This document shows, piece after piece, positions 48,006 to 58,861 of a stretch of DNA of 64,000 bases. The translations under genes were made by a program, and so were the position numbers. A model generated the notes under the pieces. The model saw nothing but the letters and a program-made list of their open reading frames with translations, had not been told where the DNA came from and ran no database searches. Location: NCBI GenBank assembly GCA_963807925.1, contig CAWEDP010000002.1, positions 1,164,034 through 1,228,033 of the forward strand, in the 5' to 3' direction. The stretch is from an uncultured Acidobacteriota bacterium (GTDB lineage: Bacteria; Acidobacteriota; Vicinamibacteria; Vicinamibacterales; CAVVIG01). The number at the start of each line of letters is the position of its first letter. The first letter of the stretch is position 1.

Positions 48006-49982
48006 TCAGCGGCGCCGGAAGATGCCGGCAATGCTGCTGCCGAGCGAGCGGAAGAAGCCTTCGACCACGCGGGCGGCGCGCTGTTTGAGCGATCCCTGAT
48101 GGATGGGGCACGTCCGGGTGGGAATCTCGTCGCCCTTCTTGAAGTACTCGTGATAGACAGGGCAGCCGTCGACCGGTCGCAGATAGGACACGCTGCACAG
48201 ATCCTCGACCGTCATGCCGTCGGGCACAGGAAATTCGTCGGCCGGAAACCGCGTCGCGGTGCGCTTCATGAAGTCGGCCCAGATCGGCAGCGCGACGCGC
48301 GCCGCGTAGGCCTCGCGACCGATGGGCGCCGGCTGATCGAAGCCCACCCAGACGCCAACCACGACTGAGGACGAAAACCCGACGAACCATGCGTCGTGAT
48401 AGTCGTCGGTCGTCCCGGTCTTGCCGCCCACAGCGCCCCGGACGCCGAGCGCCCGCGCGGCGGATCCGGTCCCGCGATCCACGACATCGCGCAGCATGCT
48501 CGTCATTTGAAACGCGACCTCCGCATCCATCACGCGCCTGCGCTCGGGCGTCTGGTCGAATACCTCGTTGCCGTCGGCGTCCAGCACCTCGAGGATGCCG
48601 ACCGGCCGCACCACTTCCCCGGCGTTCGGGAACACCGTGTAGGCGGCCGTCAGATCCAGCGGCGACACCTCGCCGGTGCCGAGCGCGAGGGAGGGCACGT
48701 CGGGAAGCCCTCCGAGTCCGGCCGCGCCGGCGACGTCCAGCACCTGGCGGACGCCCACTTGCTGCTGCAGCGAGACGGCGGCGGCGTTGTTGGACTCGAC
48801 GAGCGCCGCTCGCAGCGTCAGCTCGGATGGGCGGTCGCCTTCGGCGTTCCGGGGCTGCCAGTCCGGATCCCCCGGCGCCGAGGCCGCGTCCAGATGCGAC
48901 AGGACCGAGACGGGCGAAAATCCATGCGCGAGCGCGGCTGCGTACACGAACGGCTTGAACGCGGAGCCCGGCTGGCGACGGCTCCGCGTGGCGCGGTTGT
49001 ACGTGCTCTTGCGGTAGTCGCCGCCGCCGACCATCGCGAGCAGATGTCCGTTCGCCGGGTTGATGGCGACCAGTGCCGCCTGCAGTCCCGCACGATTCAA
49101 CCGCGCCAGCCCGCTCGCCACGGCACGTTCCGCTGCCTCCTGCACCTCGGGCAGAAAGGTCGTCTGCACCTGCCAGTCCGGCGGGTGGTCGCCGCCGAAC
49201 TGTTCGCGAAAGCGCTGGCGCAGATAATCCTTGGCCCAGGCGGCGCGCGTGTCGCCCGGCTGACGGAACGGCTGGATGCGAGGCCGCGCGATCGCCGCGG
49301 CCGCTTCCTGCGGCGCCGTGATGAACCCCTGCTGTCGCATGGCCGCCAGCACCCGCCGGCTGCGGTCGAGCGCCCCCTCGTAGTTGGTCCACGGAGAGAG
49401 CGTGGACGGCGCCTGAATCAACCCGGCAATCAGCGCCGACTCGGGCAGCGTCAGCGCCCGCGCCGACTTGCGGTAGAGGTGCTCCGACATCGCCTCGACC
49501 CCGTACACGCCTCCGCTCAGATACACGCGATTCAGGTAGAGCTCGAGGATCTGGTCCTTCGTCAGCTGCTGTTCGATGAGCAGCGCGAGCCCGGTCTCCC
49601 GGGCCTTGCGGCCGAACGTGCGGACGTTCGACAGGAACAGCGTACGGGCGAGCTGCTGGGTCAGCGTGCTGCCGCCCTGCGCGCGACGGCCCGACCTGAG
49701 GTCGCGCTCGAGCGCCCGGACAATTCCGATCGGGTCGACGCCGGGATGGTAGTAGAAGCGTCGATCCTCGATCGCGACGACCGCCTTCTGCAGATCGGGG
49801 GCGATCTCGGCCAGCGGCACGTCGTGGCGTTGTTCGTCCAGCCGGAACCACGGCTTGCCGTCGGCGCCGTAGAAGACCGTGTCGCCCACCCCGCGTGTCA
49901 GACGATGGACCGCCAGGACGTACCGGGACAGCCACCACACCGACACCCCTCCGCCCGCGATGAAGATCGCCAGGAGCGCCAT
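48006..49982 (-). CDS. Class A penicillin-binding protein (PBP1A-type transglycosylase/transpeptidase)
   Basis: Start taken at ATG 49982 (membrane anchor MALLAIFIAGGGVSVWWL). EDRRFYYHPGVDP, RKARE (GT51). SAFKP and KTGTT (transpeptidase). Confidence 0.85.
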   Translation of the reverse strand: MALLAIFIAGGGVSVWWLSRYVLAVHRLTRGVGDTVFYGADGKPWFRLDEQRHDVPLAEIAPDLQKAVVAIEDRRFYYHPGVDPIGIVRALERDLRSGRRAQGGSTLTQQLARTLFLSNVRTFGRKARETGLALLIEQQLTKDQILELYLNRVYLSGGVYGVEAMSEHLYRKSARALTLPESALIAGLIQAPSTLSPWTNYEGALDRSRRVLAAMRQQGFITAPQEAAAAIARPRIQPFRQPGDTRAAWAKDYLRQRFREQFGGDHPPDWQVQTTFLPEVQEAAERAVASGLARLNRAGLQAALVAINPANGHLLAMVGGGDYRKSTYNRATRSRRQPGSAFKPFVYAAALAHGFSPVSVLSHLDAASAPGDPDWQPRNAEGDRPSELTLRAALVESNNAAAVSLQQQVGVRQVLDVAGAAGLGGLPDVPSLALGTGEVSPLDLTAAYTVFPNAGEVVRPVGILEVLDADGNEVFDQTPERRRVMDAEVAFQMTSMLRDVVDRGTGSAARALGVRGAVGGKTGTTDDYHDAWFVGFSSSVVVGVWVGFDQPAPIGREAYAARVALPIWADFMKRTATRFPADEFPVPDGMTVEDLCSVSYLRPVDGCPVYHEYFKKGDEIPTRTCPIHQGSLKQRAARVVEGFFRSLGSSIAGIFRRR

Positions 49983-50011
49983 CGCCACCCAGTTCCAGAG
50001 GAGCCGAGGTT

Positions 50012-50761
50012 TCAGTGGGGGTGCTCCTTCTTCCTTTCGACGCGCGTGGCGGCCGCGTCGCCTGGCTCCGCGCGCGCCCGCTGCTCGAGGCGCCGCGCGT
50101 ACACCCACGCCGCTGCAAAGATGATGACGATCAACCCGAGCGAGAGCCAGCGCGGAATTTCGAACCCGATGTAGCGCTCCGAGTGCAGGAACTCGATAAT
50201 CAGCTTGACCGCGACCCACGCGATGATGACGAACGCGCCGTCCACGAGCGGCGGATACCGCTCGACCAGCGACAGCAGCTGCCCGATCACCATCCGCATC
50301 ATGGCGATGCCGAGGATGCCGCCGGCGAGTATCACCCAGAGCTTTGGCGACATCGCCACCGCCACCAGGATCGAATCGATGGCGAACACGACATCGGTGA
50401 GCTCGACCTTGACCACCGTCGCCCAGAACGCCGTCAGACCGATCCACGGCCGCGCCGGCGGCGGCGTCCGCCGGACCGCCGCGCTGTCGCCCGACGCGAA
50501 ATGCCGGTACGTGAGATAGAGCAGGTACCCGGCGCCCATCAGCTTCACGACGATCAGCTTGATGAGATAGACCGCCAGAACGGTCGCCAGCGACCGAAAC
50601 GCGAACGCGCCGCCGATGCCGTATCGAAGCGCCTTGCGCTGCTGCCGCTTGGGCAGCCCGAGGACGAGGACCGCCAGCACCATCGCGTTGTCGGCGCTGA
50701 GCAGCCCCTCCAGCGCGACGAGCAGCGCGATTGTGAGAAAGTCGGACGGCGCCACCGCCAC
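50012..50761 (-). CDS. TerC-family integral membrane protein
   Basis: LSADNAMVLAVLV and VFAIDSILVAV repeated TerC motifs. GTG start with a GGAG SD. Confidence 0.85.
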   Translation of the reverse strand: MAVAPSDFLTIALLVALEGLLSADNAMVLAVLVLGLPKRQQRKALRYGIGGAFAFRSLATVLAVYLIKLIVVKLMGAGYLLYLTYRHFASGDSAAVRRTPPPARPWIGLTAFWATVVKVELTDVVFAIDSILVAVAMSPKLWVILAGGILGIAMMRMVIGQLLSLVERYPPLVDGAFVIIAWVAVKLIIEFLHSERYIGFEIPRWLSLGLIVIIFAAAWVYARRLEQRARAEPGDAAATRVERKKEHPH

Positions 50762-50783
50762 GCGCTCCAGTATGGATCAGAGG

Positions 50784-50813
50784 GTTGACACGGTCCGTAT
50801 CAAGGCCTACACT
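50784..50813 (+). promoter_or_regulatory. hspR operon promoter with HAIR-like inverted repeat
   Basis: TTGACA (50785-50790), 17-nt spacer, TACACT (50808-50813). GTTGACA-N7-TATCAAG (50784-50804), equivalent to the 9-1-9 palindrome TTGACACGG-T-CCGTATCAA. Confidence 0.6.
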
Positions 50814-50876
50814 TGGATCGCTGCAATGTCGGCCGGACCGGCCTCGGCCTCGGAGCGTCAGCGAGAGTCACGCGGT

Positions 50877-51227
50877 ATGCCGTTCGAACAGGACGATCTC
50901 TACTTCATCAGCATGGCGGCCCGCATGCTGGGTATGCATCCGCAGACGCTGCGGAAGTACGAACGCCTGGGGCTGGTGCGTCCGTCTCGTACCATCGGCA
51001 GCATGCGGCTCTACTCGCGTGACGAGCTCGACCGGCTCAAGGTCATCAAGCGGCTGGTCGGCGACGCCGGCATCAACCTCGCGGGCATTCAGCGGTTGAT
51101 GTCGATCGCGGAGGTGGTGCAACGGATCCGCCCGCTCATGCAGGACGACACGCTGTCGGCCCGCGACGCGAAGCGGCGGCTGGCGCAGGAGTTCGACGAG
51201 CTGAGTCGGATGCTCGGTCTCGACTGA
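50877..51227 (+). CDS. hspR: MerR-family heat-shock repressor HspR
   Basis: Start ATG 50877. YFISMAARMLGMHPQTLRKYERLGLVRPSRTIGSMRLYSRDELDRLKVIKRL. Confidence 0.8.
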   Translation: MPFEQDDLYFISMAARMLGMHPQTLRKYERLGLVRPSRTIGSMRLYSRDELDRLKVIKRLVGDAGINLAGIQRLMSIAEVVQRIRPLMQDDTLSARDAKRRLAQEFDELSRMLGLD

Positions 51228-51286
51228 CACCGGCGGACGGACGGTTGACCAACCGCTGCCGACCGACTACTGATGGCTGACGACTG

Positions 51287-52291
51287 ATGGATTTCAAGGA
51301 CTACTACTCCACGCTCGGCGTCGCCAAAACGGCGACGGCCAAGGAAATCAAGCAGGCGTTCCGGAAGCTCGCGCGGGTGCATCATCCCGACGTGAACCCG
51401 GGCGACAAGGCGGCGGAATCGCGGTTCAAGGAGATCAACGAGGCGTACGAGGTCCTCGGCGATCCGGAGAAGCGGAAGAAGTACGACGAGCTCGGCGCCA
51501 ACTGGCGGATGTACGAGCAGGCGGGCCGCGGCGCCCCGGGCGGGGCGCCGGGCGGCGCCTGGAACGCCGATTTCGGCGGCGGGCCGGGCGGTCCGGGCGG
51601 CGGCTTCCGCACCATGACCGAAGAAGAGATGCACGAGATGTTCGGCGGCGGCGCCGATCCCTTCTCCGACTTCTTCCACACGTTCTTCGGCGGCGCCGGC
51701 GGCGCCCAGCCGCGGGGCGCGCGGGGCGCGCGGCGCGGACCGCGCAAGGGTCGCGACGTGGAGGACGAGATTCAGCTGCATCTCGAAGACGCGTATCACG
51801 GCACGACACGACGGCTGTCCATCCAGCAGGACGGCCACGCGCGGACCGTCGATGTCCGCATCCCGGCCGGCGTCAACGACGGGTCCCGCGTGCGCGTCGC
51901 AGGCGAAGGCGAACACGGATCGAGCGGCGCCCAGAGCGGCGACCTCTATCTCAGAATCCGTCTGGCGCCGCACCCCCGGTTCGAGCGCAAGGCCAGGGAT
52001 CTCTACACGCGGGTGCACGTGCCGCTCACGACGGCGGTCCTTGGCGGCGAAGTGGAGGTCCCGACGCTCGCCGGCAAGTCCCTGCGGCTCAAAGTGCCGG
52101 AAACGACCCAGAACGGACAGGTATTCCGGCTCAAGGGACACGGCATGCCGACGGTGGGCAAACCCGACGAGCGCGGCGACCTCTATGCCACGGTGGACGT
52201 CCAGCTGCCCGGGCAGTTGACGGCCGAGGAGCGGCGGCACTACGAGGAGCTGGCGAAGCTGGCCAAGGTGAAGACCACGTCGGTCGCGTAA
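51287..52291 (+). CDS. cbpA: DnaJ-class co-chaperone without zinc-finger domain (CbpA-type)
   Basis: J domain DYYSTLGV...HHPDVNPGD...[16 protein letters not shown]. Gly-rich linker. Two C-terminal beta domains. No CXXCXGXG repeats. Confidence 0.85.
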   Translation: MDFKDYYSTLGVAKTATAKEIKQAFRKLARVHHPDVNPGDKAAESRFKEINEAYEVLGDPEKRKKYDELGANWRMYEQAGRGAPGGAPGGAWNADFGGGPGGPGGGFRTMTEEEMHEMFGGGADPFSDFFHTFFGGAGGAQPRGARGARRGPRKGRDVEDEIQLHLEDAYHGTTRRLSIQQDGHARTVDVRIPAGVNDGSRVRVAGEGEHGSSGAQSGDLYLRIRLAPHPRFERKARDLYTRVHVPLTTAVLGGEVEVPTLAGKSLRLKVPETTQNGQVFRLKGHGMPTVGKPDERGDLYATVDVQLPGQLTAEERRHYEELAKLAKVKTTSVA

Positions 52292-52349
52292 AGGCGGTCT
52301 CACGGCGCCCGGGCGATCCCGGTGCAGCGGCGGCGAAAAGGCGGATCCG

Positions 52350-54959
52350 ATGAACATCAACAAGTACACCGAAAAAGCGCGCGAGGCAGTGGCGAAGGCC
52401 ATCGAGCTGGCGTCTCAGAACAACTCTCCCCAGGTCGAGCCGGAGCACCTGCTCGTCGCGCTCGTCGAGCAGCCGGAAGGGATCGTGCCCGAGCTGCTGC
52501 GCAAGATGGGCATCGACGTGGCGCAGACGCGCAGCGCGGCGCGCGAGCTGCTCACGAAGATTCCACAGGCCTACGGGGGCGCCGAGCCGCATCTGTCCCC
52601 GCGGTTGAAGCTCGTCACCGATCGCGCGCAGGCCGAGGCCGACCGCGTGAAGGACGAGTTCGTCAGCACCGAGCACCTGTTCATCGCCATCGCGGGCGAA
52701 ACCGGCCGCTCGCCCGCCGCGCAGCTGCTCGGGGGCGCCGGCGTGACCGAGGCGGCGGTCGCGCAGGCGCTCAAGGGCATCCGCGGCTCGCAGCGGATCA
52801 CGAGCGAGAACCCCGAGAGCACCTACCAGGCGCTCGAGCGCTACGGCCGCGACCTGACCGAGCTGGGACGGCGCGGCAAGCTCGACCCGGTCATCGGGCG
52901 CGACGAGGAGATCCGGCGCGTGATCCAGGTGCTCTCGCGCCGCACCAAGAACAACCCGGTCCTCATCGGCGAGCCCGGCGTCGGCAAGACCGCCATCGTC
53001 GAGGGGCTCGCGGGCCGGATTGTCCGTGGGGACGTCCCCGAAGGGCTCAAGAACAAGCGCATCGTCGCGCTCGACATGGGCGCCCTCGTGGCCGGCGCGA
53101 AGTATCGCGGCGAATTCGAGGAGCGGCTCAAAGCCGTGCTCAAGGAGATCGTCGACGCTCAAGGGCAGGTCGTTCTGTTCATCGACGAGCTCCACACGGT
53201 GGTCGGAGCCGGCGCGGCCGAAGGATCGATCGACGCCTCCAACATGCTGAAGCCGATGCTCGCCCGCGGCGAGCTCCACACGATCGGCGCGACGACCCTC
53301 GACGAGTACCGGAAGTACATCGAGAAGGACGCGGCGCTCGAGCGCCGCTTCCAGCCGGTGATGGTCGGCGAGCCGACGGTCGAGGACACCATCAGCATCC
53401 TGCGCGGTCTGCGGGAGCGGTACCAGATTCACCACAAGGTGAACCTGAAGGACGCGGCGCTGGTGGCGGCGGCCGTGCTGTCCAACCGCTACATCTCGGA
53501 CCGGTTCCTGCCCGACAAGGCCATCGATCTCGTGGACGAAGCCGCGTCCAAGCTGCGGATGGAAATCGACTCGATGCCGGCGGAGCTCGATGAAATCCGC
53601 CGGCGGGTCATGCAGCTCGAGATCGAGCGGGAGGCGCTCAGGAAGGAAAAGGACCGCGCCTCGCAGGATCGGCTCGCGAAGCTCGACAAGGAGCTGGCCG
53701 ATCTCAAGGAGGAGCAGGGGCGGCTCGCCGTGCACTGGCAGCAGGAGAAGGACGCGATCCAGCAGGTCGCGAAGATGCAGGAGGAGCTGGAGGCGATCAA
53801 GCAGGAGGTCGAGCGCGCCCAGCGCGCCGGCGACTACCAGAAGGCGTCCGAGCTGCAGTACGGGCGGGTGCCGCAGATCGAACGGCAGATCAAGGAGATG
53901 GACGCGAAGCTGGTCAATCTGCAGAAGAGCGGGCGGATGCTCAAGCAGGAAGTCGACGAGGAGGACATCGCGGAGGTCGTCAGCAAGTGGACGCACATCC
54001 CGGTGAGCCGCTTGATGGAAGGCGAAGTCCAGAAGCTCATTCACATGGAGGAGCGGCTGCATCGGCGCGTGATCGGGCAGGACGAGGCGATCACGGCGGT
54101 GTCGAACGCGATTCGACGCGCCCGCGCCGGCCTGCAGGATCCGAATCGTCCGCTCGGCAGCTTCCTGTTCCTCGGCCCGACCGGCGTCGGCAAGACCGAG
54201 CTCGCCCGCGCGCTCGCCGAATTCCTGTTCGACGACGAGCAGGCGATGACGCGGATCGACATGTCCGAATATCAGGAAAAGCACACCGTCTCGCGGATGA
54301 TTGGCGCGCCGCCGGGGTACGTCGGCTACGAGGAAGCCGGCCAGCTGACCGAGGCGGTCCGCCGGCGGCCGTACACGGTCGTCCTGTTCGACGAGGTGGA
54401 AAAGGCGCATCCCGAGGTGCTCAACGTACTGCTCCAGCTCCTCGACGACGGGCGGCTGACCGACGGCAAAGGGCGGACGGTGGACTTCAAGAACACCGTC
54501 GTGATCATGACGTCGAACCTCGGCAGCCAGTTCCTCGCCGATCAATCGGGCGAGGGCGGGGCGGTCAGCGAGGGGGCGCGGCGGCAGGTCCTCGACGCGC
54601 TGCGTGCCCACTTCAGGCCCGAGTTCCTCAACCGGATCGACGAGATCATCTTCTTCCACGCCCTCAGCCGCGAGGACCTGAAGCGCATCATCGACATCCA
54701 GCTCGCGGGGTTGATGAAGAGGCTGGCGGAGCGCAAGATCCAGGTGCACCTCACCGAGGCGGCCAAGGATCTGCTGGTCCGCGAGGGGTACGACGCCGCC
54801 TATGGGGCGAGGCCGCTCAAGCGGACCATCCAGCGCCGCGTGCTGGATCCGCTGGCCCTTCACGTGCTCGAGGGCGACTTCGGCGAAGGCGATACGGTCG
54901 CCATCGACGCCGAAGAGGACGCCCTGAAGTTCCGGAAGGGCGAGCCCGTCAAGGCGTAA
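52350..54959 (+). CDS. clpB: ATP-dependent disaggregase ClpB
   Basis: Clp_N, two AAA+ modules (GEPGVGKT and GPTGVGKT), and a long coiled-coil middle domain. Confidence 0.95.
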   Translation: MNINKYTEKAREAVAKAIELASQNNSPQVEPEHLLVALVEQPEGIVPELLRKMGIDVAQTRSAARELLTKIPQAYGGAEPHLSPRLKLVTDRAQAEADRVKDEFVSTEHLFIAIAGETGRSPAAQLLGGAGVTEAAVAQALKGIRGSQRITSENPESTYQALERYGRDLTELGRRGKLDPVIGRDEEIRRVIQVLSRRTKNNPVLIGEPGVGKTAIVEGLAGRIVRGDVPEGLKNKRIVALDMGALVAGAKYRGEFEERLKAVLKEIVDAQGQVVLFIDELHTVVGAGAAEGSIDASNMLKPMLARGELHTIGATTLDEYRKYIEKDAALERRFQPVMVGEPTVEDTISILRGLRERYQIHHKVNLKDAALVAAAVLSNRYISDRFLPDKAIDLVDEAASKLRMEIDSMPAELDEIRRRVMQLEIEREALRKEKDRASQDRLAKLDKELADLKEEQGRLAVHWQQEKDAIQQVAKMQEELEAIKQEVERAQRAGDYQKASELQYGRVPQIERQIKEMDAKLVNLQKSGRMLKQEVDEEDIAEVVSKWTHIPVSRLMEGEVQKLIHMEERLHRRVIGQDEAITAVSNAIRRARAGLQDPNRPLGSFLFLGPTGVGKTELARALAEFLFDDEQAMTRIDMSEYQEKHTVSRMIGAPPGYVGYEEAGQLTEAVRRRPYTVVLFDEVEKAHPEVLNVLLQLLDDGRLTDGKGRTVDFKNTVVIMTSNLGSQFLADQSGEGGAVSEGARRQVLDALRAHFRPEFLNRIDEIIFFHALSREDLKRIIDIQLAGLMKRLAERKIQVHLTEAAKDLLVREGYDAAYGARPLKRTIQRRVLDPLALHVLEGDFGEGDTVAIDAEEDALKFRKGEPVKA

Positions 54960-55014
54960 CATGGTTCGGAGGACGACGGCAGGCCGGGGACGGTAGGCGG
55001 AGAAGAAGGACTGG

Positions 55015-56955
55015 ATGGCGACTCCCAAGGGCAAACCGCGGTTCAACCCGCGCGCCGCGGATCGGCGCGGGCAGCGCCCCATCGGGCAGCGGCCCGCATC
55101 GTCGCTCTGGTACGGCCTCGCCTTCGTCCTGCTGCTCGCGCTCGCGCAGATGTACTACCTGACGCCGGGCGGGCGTTCGATTCCCTATTCGGAGTTCAAG
55201 ACGCTCCTGAAGAACGGCGAGGTCGTCGAAGTCACGGTCGGCGATTCGGTGATCCGCGGCACGCTGAAGGAGGTGCCCGAGGGCGACAAGTCGGGCAGCA
55301 AGCAGTTCACCACGACGCGCGTCGAGGATTCCAAACTGACCGAGGAGCTCGAGGCCAAGGGCGTCAAGTACATGGGCGAGGTCGCCAGCCGGTGGCTTCC
55401 CGACCTGCTCTCCTGGATCATCCCGCTGCTCTTCTTCGTCGGCATCTGGGGCTTCTTCTTCCGCCGCATGGGCGGCGCGGAGGGCGGCGTCATGTCGTTC
55501 GCGCGCAGCCGCGCGAAGATCTATGCGGACGACGAAGTCCAGGTGCGGTTCACCGACGTGGCAGGCGTGGACGAGGCGGAAGACGAGCTGAAGGAGATCG
55601 TCGAGTTCCTGAGGAATCCGAAGAAGTACACGAACCTCGGCGGCCGCATTCCCAAGGGTGTGCTGCTCGTCGGCCCGCCCGGCACCGGCAAGACGCTGCT
55701 CGCGCGCGCGGTGGCCGGCGAGGCGCGGGTCCCCTTCTTCAGCCTGAGCGGATCGGAGTTTGTCGAGATGTTCGTCGGCGTCGGCGCGGCGCGGATCCGC
55801 GATCTGTTCCAGCAGGCCGAAGCCAAGGCGCCGTGCATCGTGTTCATCGACGAGCTCGATGCGCTCGGCAAGGTGCGCGTGCAGAGCCCGCTCGGCAGCC
55901 ACGAAGAGCGCGAGCAGACGCTGAACCAGCTGCTCGCCGAGATGGACGGCTTCGACTCGCGCAAAGGCGTCATCATCATGGGCGCCACCAACCGTCCCGA
56001 GGTGCTCGACCCGGCGCTCCTCCGGCCCGGCCGATTCGACCGCCAGGTGCTCGTGGACAAACCCGACGTGAAAGGCCGCGAAGAGATCCTGCGCATCCAC
56101 GCGAAGGGCGTGAAGCTGGCCCCCGGCATCGATTTGAAGGTCGTCGCCGCGCGCACCGCGGGGTTCGCCGGCGCCGACCTCGCGAACCTGGTGAACGAGG
56201 CGGCGCTCCTGGCGGCGCGCAGCAACAAGTCCTCCGTCGAGATGAAGGATTTCGAATCGGCGATCGACCGCCTCGTCGCCGGGCTCGAGAAGAAGCGCGT
56301 GATGAGCACCAAGGAGCGCCGGATCGTCGCGTATCACGAGTCCGGCCACGCAATCGTCGCCAGCGTGCTGCCGGGGCTGGATCCGGTGCACAAGATCTCC
56401 ATCGTGCAGCGCGGGTTCGGCGCGCTCGGGTACACGATGCAGCTGCCGCTCGAGGACCGCTATCTGATGACGCGGGGCGACCTGCTCGGCCAGCTCGCCG
56501 TGCTGCTGGGCGGGCGCACCGCGGAGGAGATTGCGCTCGGCGAAATCTCGACCGGCGCGCAAAACGACCTGCAGCGCGCGACCGACATCGCCCGCGCGAT
56601 GGTCACCGAATTCGGGATGAGCGACGCGCTCGGCGCCATCAACTACGACGGCAACAAGCGCGCGCGGTTCCTCGACTTTCCGATGCCGCAGGAACGCGGC
56701 CTCTACGGCGAGCAGACGGCCGAGAAGATCGACGCCGAGATCAAGCGGATCCTCACCGATGCGCACGCAACCGCCCGCCGGATCCTCACCGACCAGCGCG
56801 ACAAGCTCGAGACGATCACGCAGCGGCTGCTCGCCATCGAGGTGATGGAGGGCGACGAACTGCGTCAGATCCTCGACCTGCCGCCGACAAGCGAGCCGGC
56901 GGCCACGCCGGCCGCGTGGCCGCCGCCAGGCCCCGGAACGGCCACGTCCGCCTGA
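55015..56955 (+). CDS. ftsH: ATP-dependent zinc metalloprotease FtsH
   Basis: [11 protein letters not shown] region, HESGHA zinc motif, two N-terminal TM segments. Confidence 0.95.
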   Translation: MATPKGKPRFNPRAADRRGQRPIGQRPASSLWYGLAFVLLLALAQMYYLTPGGRSIPYSEFKTLLKNGEVVEVTVGDSVIRGTLKEVPEGDKSGSKQFTTTRVEDSKLTEELEAKGVKYMGEVASRWLPDLLSWIIPLLFFVGIWGFFFRRMGGAEGGVMSFARSRAKIYADDEVQVRFTDVAGVDEAEDELKEIVEFLRNPKKYTNLGGRIPKGVLLVGPPGTGKTLLARAVAGEARVPFFSLSGSEFVEMFVGVGAARIRDLFQQAEAKAPCIVFIDELDALGKVRVQSPLGSHEEREQTLNQLLAEMDGFDSRKGVIIMGATNRPEVLDPALLRPGRFDRQVLVDKPDVKGREEILRIHAKGVKLAPGIDLKVVAARTAGFAGADLANLVNEAALLAARSNKSSVEMKDFESAIDRLVAGLEKKRVMSTKERRIVAYHESGHAIVASVLPGLDPVHKISIVQRGFGALGYTMQLPLEDRYLMTRGDLLGQLAVLLGGRTAEEIALGEISTGAQNDLQRATDIARAMVTEFGMSDALGAINYDGNKRARFLDFPMPQERGLYGEQTAEKIDAEIKRILTDAHATARRILTDQRDKLETITQRLLAIEVMEGDELRQILDLPPTSEPAATPAAWPPPGPGTATSA

Positions 56956-57032
56956 CGCCGCGCTGACGACCTCGTCGCGCGTCGGTCTCGCCCCCGCCGG
57001 CGGCCGGCGCCAGCGGGCCAGAGCCCTTCATG

Positions 57033-57061
57033 TTGACCCTGGCAGTGGGCGTCGATAGGAT
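57033..57061 (+). promoter_or_regulatory. Possible sigma-70 promoter of the GT-C gene
   Basis: TTGACC (57033-57038), 17 nt, TAGGAT (57056-57061), 15 nt before GTG 57077. Confidence 0.35.
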
Positions 57062-57076
57062 GACCTCACATCCCGC

Positions 57077-58788
57077 GTGCGCAAGGCCCTCTCCGTCGGC
57101 GCGACGCTCTCTGGCGTCTGGGCGGTCGTCATCCTCGTCACGGGCGGCATCGACTGGTCGACCGCCACCTTCTGTTTCACGTCCCGCGATCCCTTTCGTC
57201 CCGCCGTCGTGGCCGTCGTCCTGCTGGTGCTCTACTGGCGCCTGACGCCCGGGGCGATGCGCCAGGCGTCGCGCCGCCTCGACGCGGCCGTCTCCCGGGC
57301 CCCGCTCGTGGCGGCCGGCGTCAGCGTCGTCGTCGCGATGCTGGCGTTCGGGTGGGGCACGGCGAACGCCGGCGGGGCGGATCCGTACGGATACCTCAGC
57401 GAGGCGGATCTGTGGCGCAGCGGACACCTGACGATCGATCAGCACGCGTTCGATCCGTGGCCGTTCGACGACTGGACGCTCACGCCGCTCGGGTACCGTC
57501 CCGGTCTGACGCCCCGGACGATTGTCCCGATCTACTCGCCGGGCCTCCCGCTCCTGGTCGCCAGCGCCGATCTCCTCGGCGGCCCCTACGGGCGGCGGAC
57601 GGTCCTCCCGCTCCTGGCCGCCCTCGCCGTCTGGCTCGCGTTCCGACTGGGCGCGCGACTGGTGGACACCGCAACCGGTTTGTGGGCCTGCGTCCTTCTC
57701 GCCGCCAGCCCCGCCTTTCTCTATCACGCGATGTTTCCGATGAGCGACGTGCCGGCGGCCGCGGCGTGGACCCTCGCTCTCGTGCTCGCCCTCGGCGGCC
57801 GGCCGCTTTCAGCCGGCCTCGCGTCGAGTGCTGCCGTCCTCGTACGGCCCAATCTCGTGTTTCTCGTCGTTCCGGTCGCGCTTCTCCTTCCCAACGCGAG
57901 CGGCGTGCGCCCTTCGCGTCGCGACGCGTGGCCATCGCTCGCGCGGTTCGGCCTGGCCGTGCTGCCGGGCATTGTCGCCGTGGCCGCCATCAACGCGCGT
58001 CTGTACGGGCTCCCGTGGCTGTCGGGCTACGGACCGACGGCGAATCTGTACCACTGGCGTAACGTCTGGCCGAACGCCGTGTCGTACACCCGCTGGCTCC
58101 TCCAGACGCAATCGGTGTTCGTGCTGCTTGCGGTCCCCGCCCTCCTCGTCCGGCGAGTGACGCCGGCCGGCACGTTGTGGGAGCGGGGACGCGTGCGTCT
58201 AGGTCTCGGGATCTTCGTGGCGTCGCTGGCAGGCTCCTATCTCCTCTACGAGCACTTCGACAACTGGACGTACCTCCGCTTCCTGCTTCCCGCCTACCCG
58301 GTCGTCCTCGTGGGGGCGGTCGCCGTCGCGCGATGGACCGCCGCGCGCGCAGCGCCCTCGGCCGGGCCGGCGGCCCTCGGGCTGGCGATGGTGACCGTGC
58401 TGGCGTGGCAGCTCGGCACCACCCAGACGCGCGACGCGATGGCCGTCGCCACCGACGAGGACCGCTACGCCGCCGTCGCGTCGGATGTGAGCACCCTGAC
58501 ACCCTCGGGGAGCGTCATCCTGGCGATGCAGCATTCCGGCACTCTGCGGGTACTACGCCAATCGCATGACCGTCCGGTACCGACCTCGTGCCGTCGCTCC
58601 CGACGGCGGTGGACGCGCTCGAAGCGCGGGGGGCCCACCCGTACCTGCTGCTCGACGGGTGGGAACTCGAGCGGTTCCGGCGACGGTTCGCCGCCAGCGC
58701 ACAGGCCCGGCTCGATTGGCCGCCGGTCAGGTCGTGGACATTCCCGGGAGGAACCAGGGTATTCCTGTACGACCTGCGACGACGGTGA
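57077..58788 (+). pseudogene. Polytopic GT-C-fold (ArnT/PMT-like, GT39-type) glycosyltransferase-like membrane protein. The C-terminus is recoverable only across frame changes, from a frameshift or sequence errors
   Basis: About 11 hydrophobic segments (…YSPGLPLLVA…LAASPAFLYHAMFPMSDVPAAAAWTL…). After ...AMQHSGTLR the plausible continuation YYANRMTVRY is in the +1 frame (58551-58580). DLVPSLPTAVDALEARGAHPYLLLDGWELERFRRRF...LYDLRRR* is in the +2 frame (58582-58788). Track ORF 57077..60037 reads through junk into the next gene. Confidence 0.5.
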
Positions 58789-58861
58789 GAGCGTCGAGGC
58801 CGAGCGCCCGCCCCGAGGTTTGCCTGTTTGCCTTCGGACCCCGCCCTTATATAGTTGGCGG

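Noticed and set aside
50762-50876. Possible yybP-ykoY (Mn) riboswitch upstream of the TerC-family gene, and a Moco riboswitch upstream of moaA (40015-40111)
   Set aside because: The TerC leader visible before GTG 50761 is only a few nt past a GGAG SD, and the region is occupied by the divergent hspR promoter. Neither spacer shows the conserved helices or sequence blocks I recall for these riboswitches. Only a covariance-model scan could settle it.
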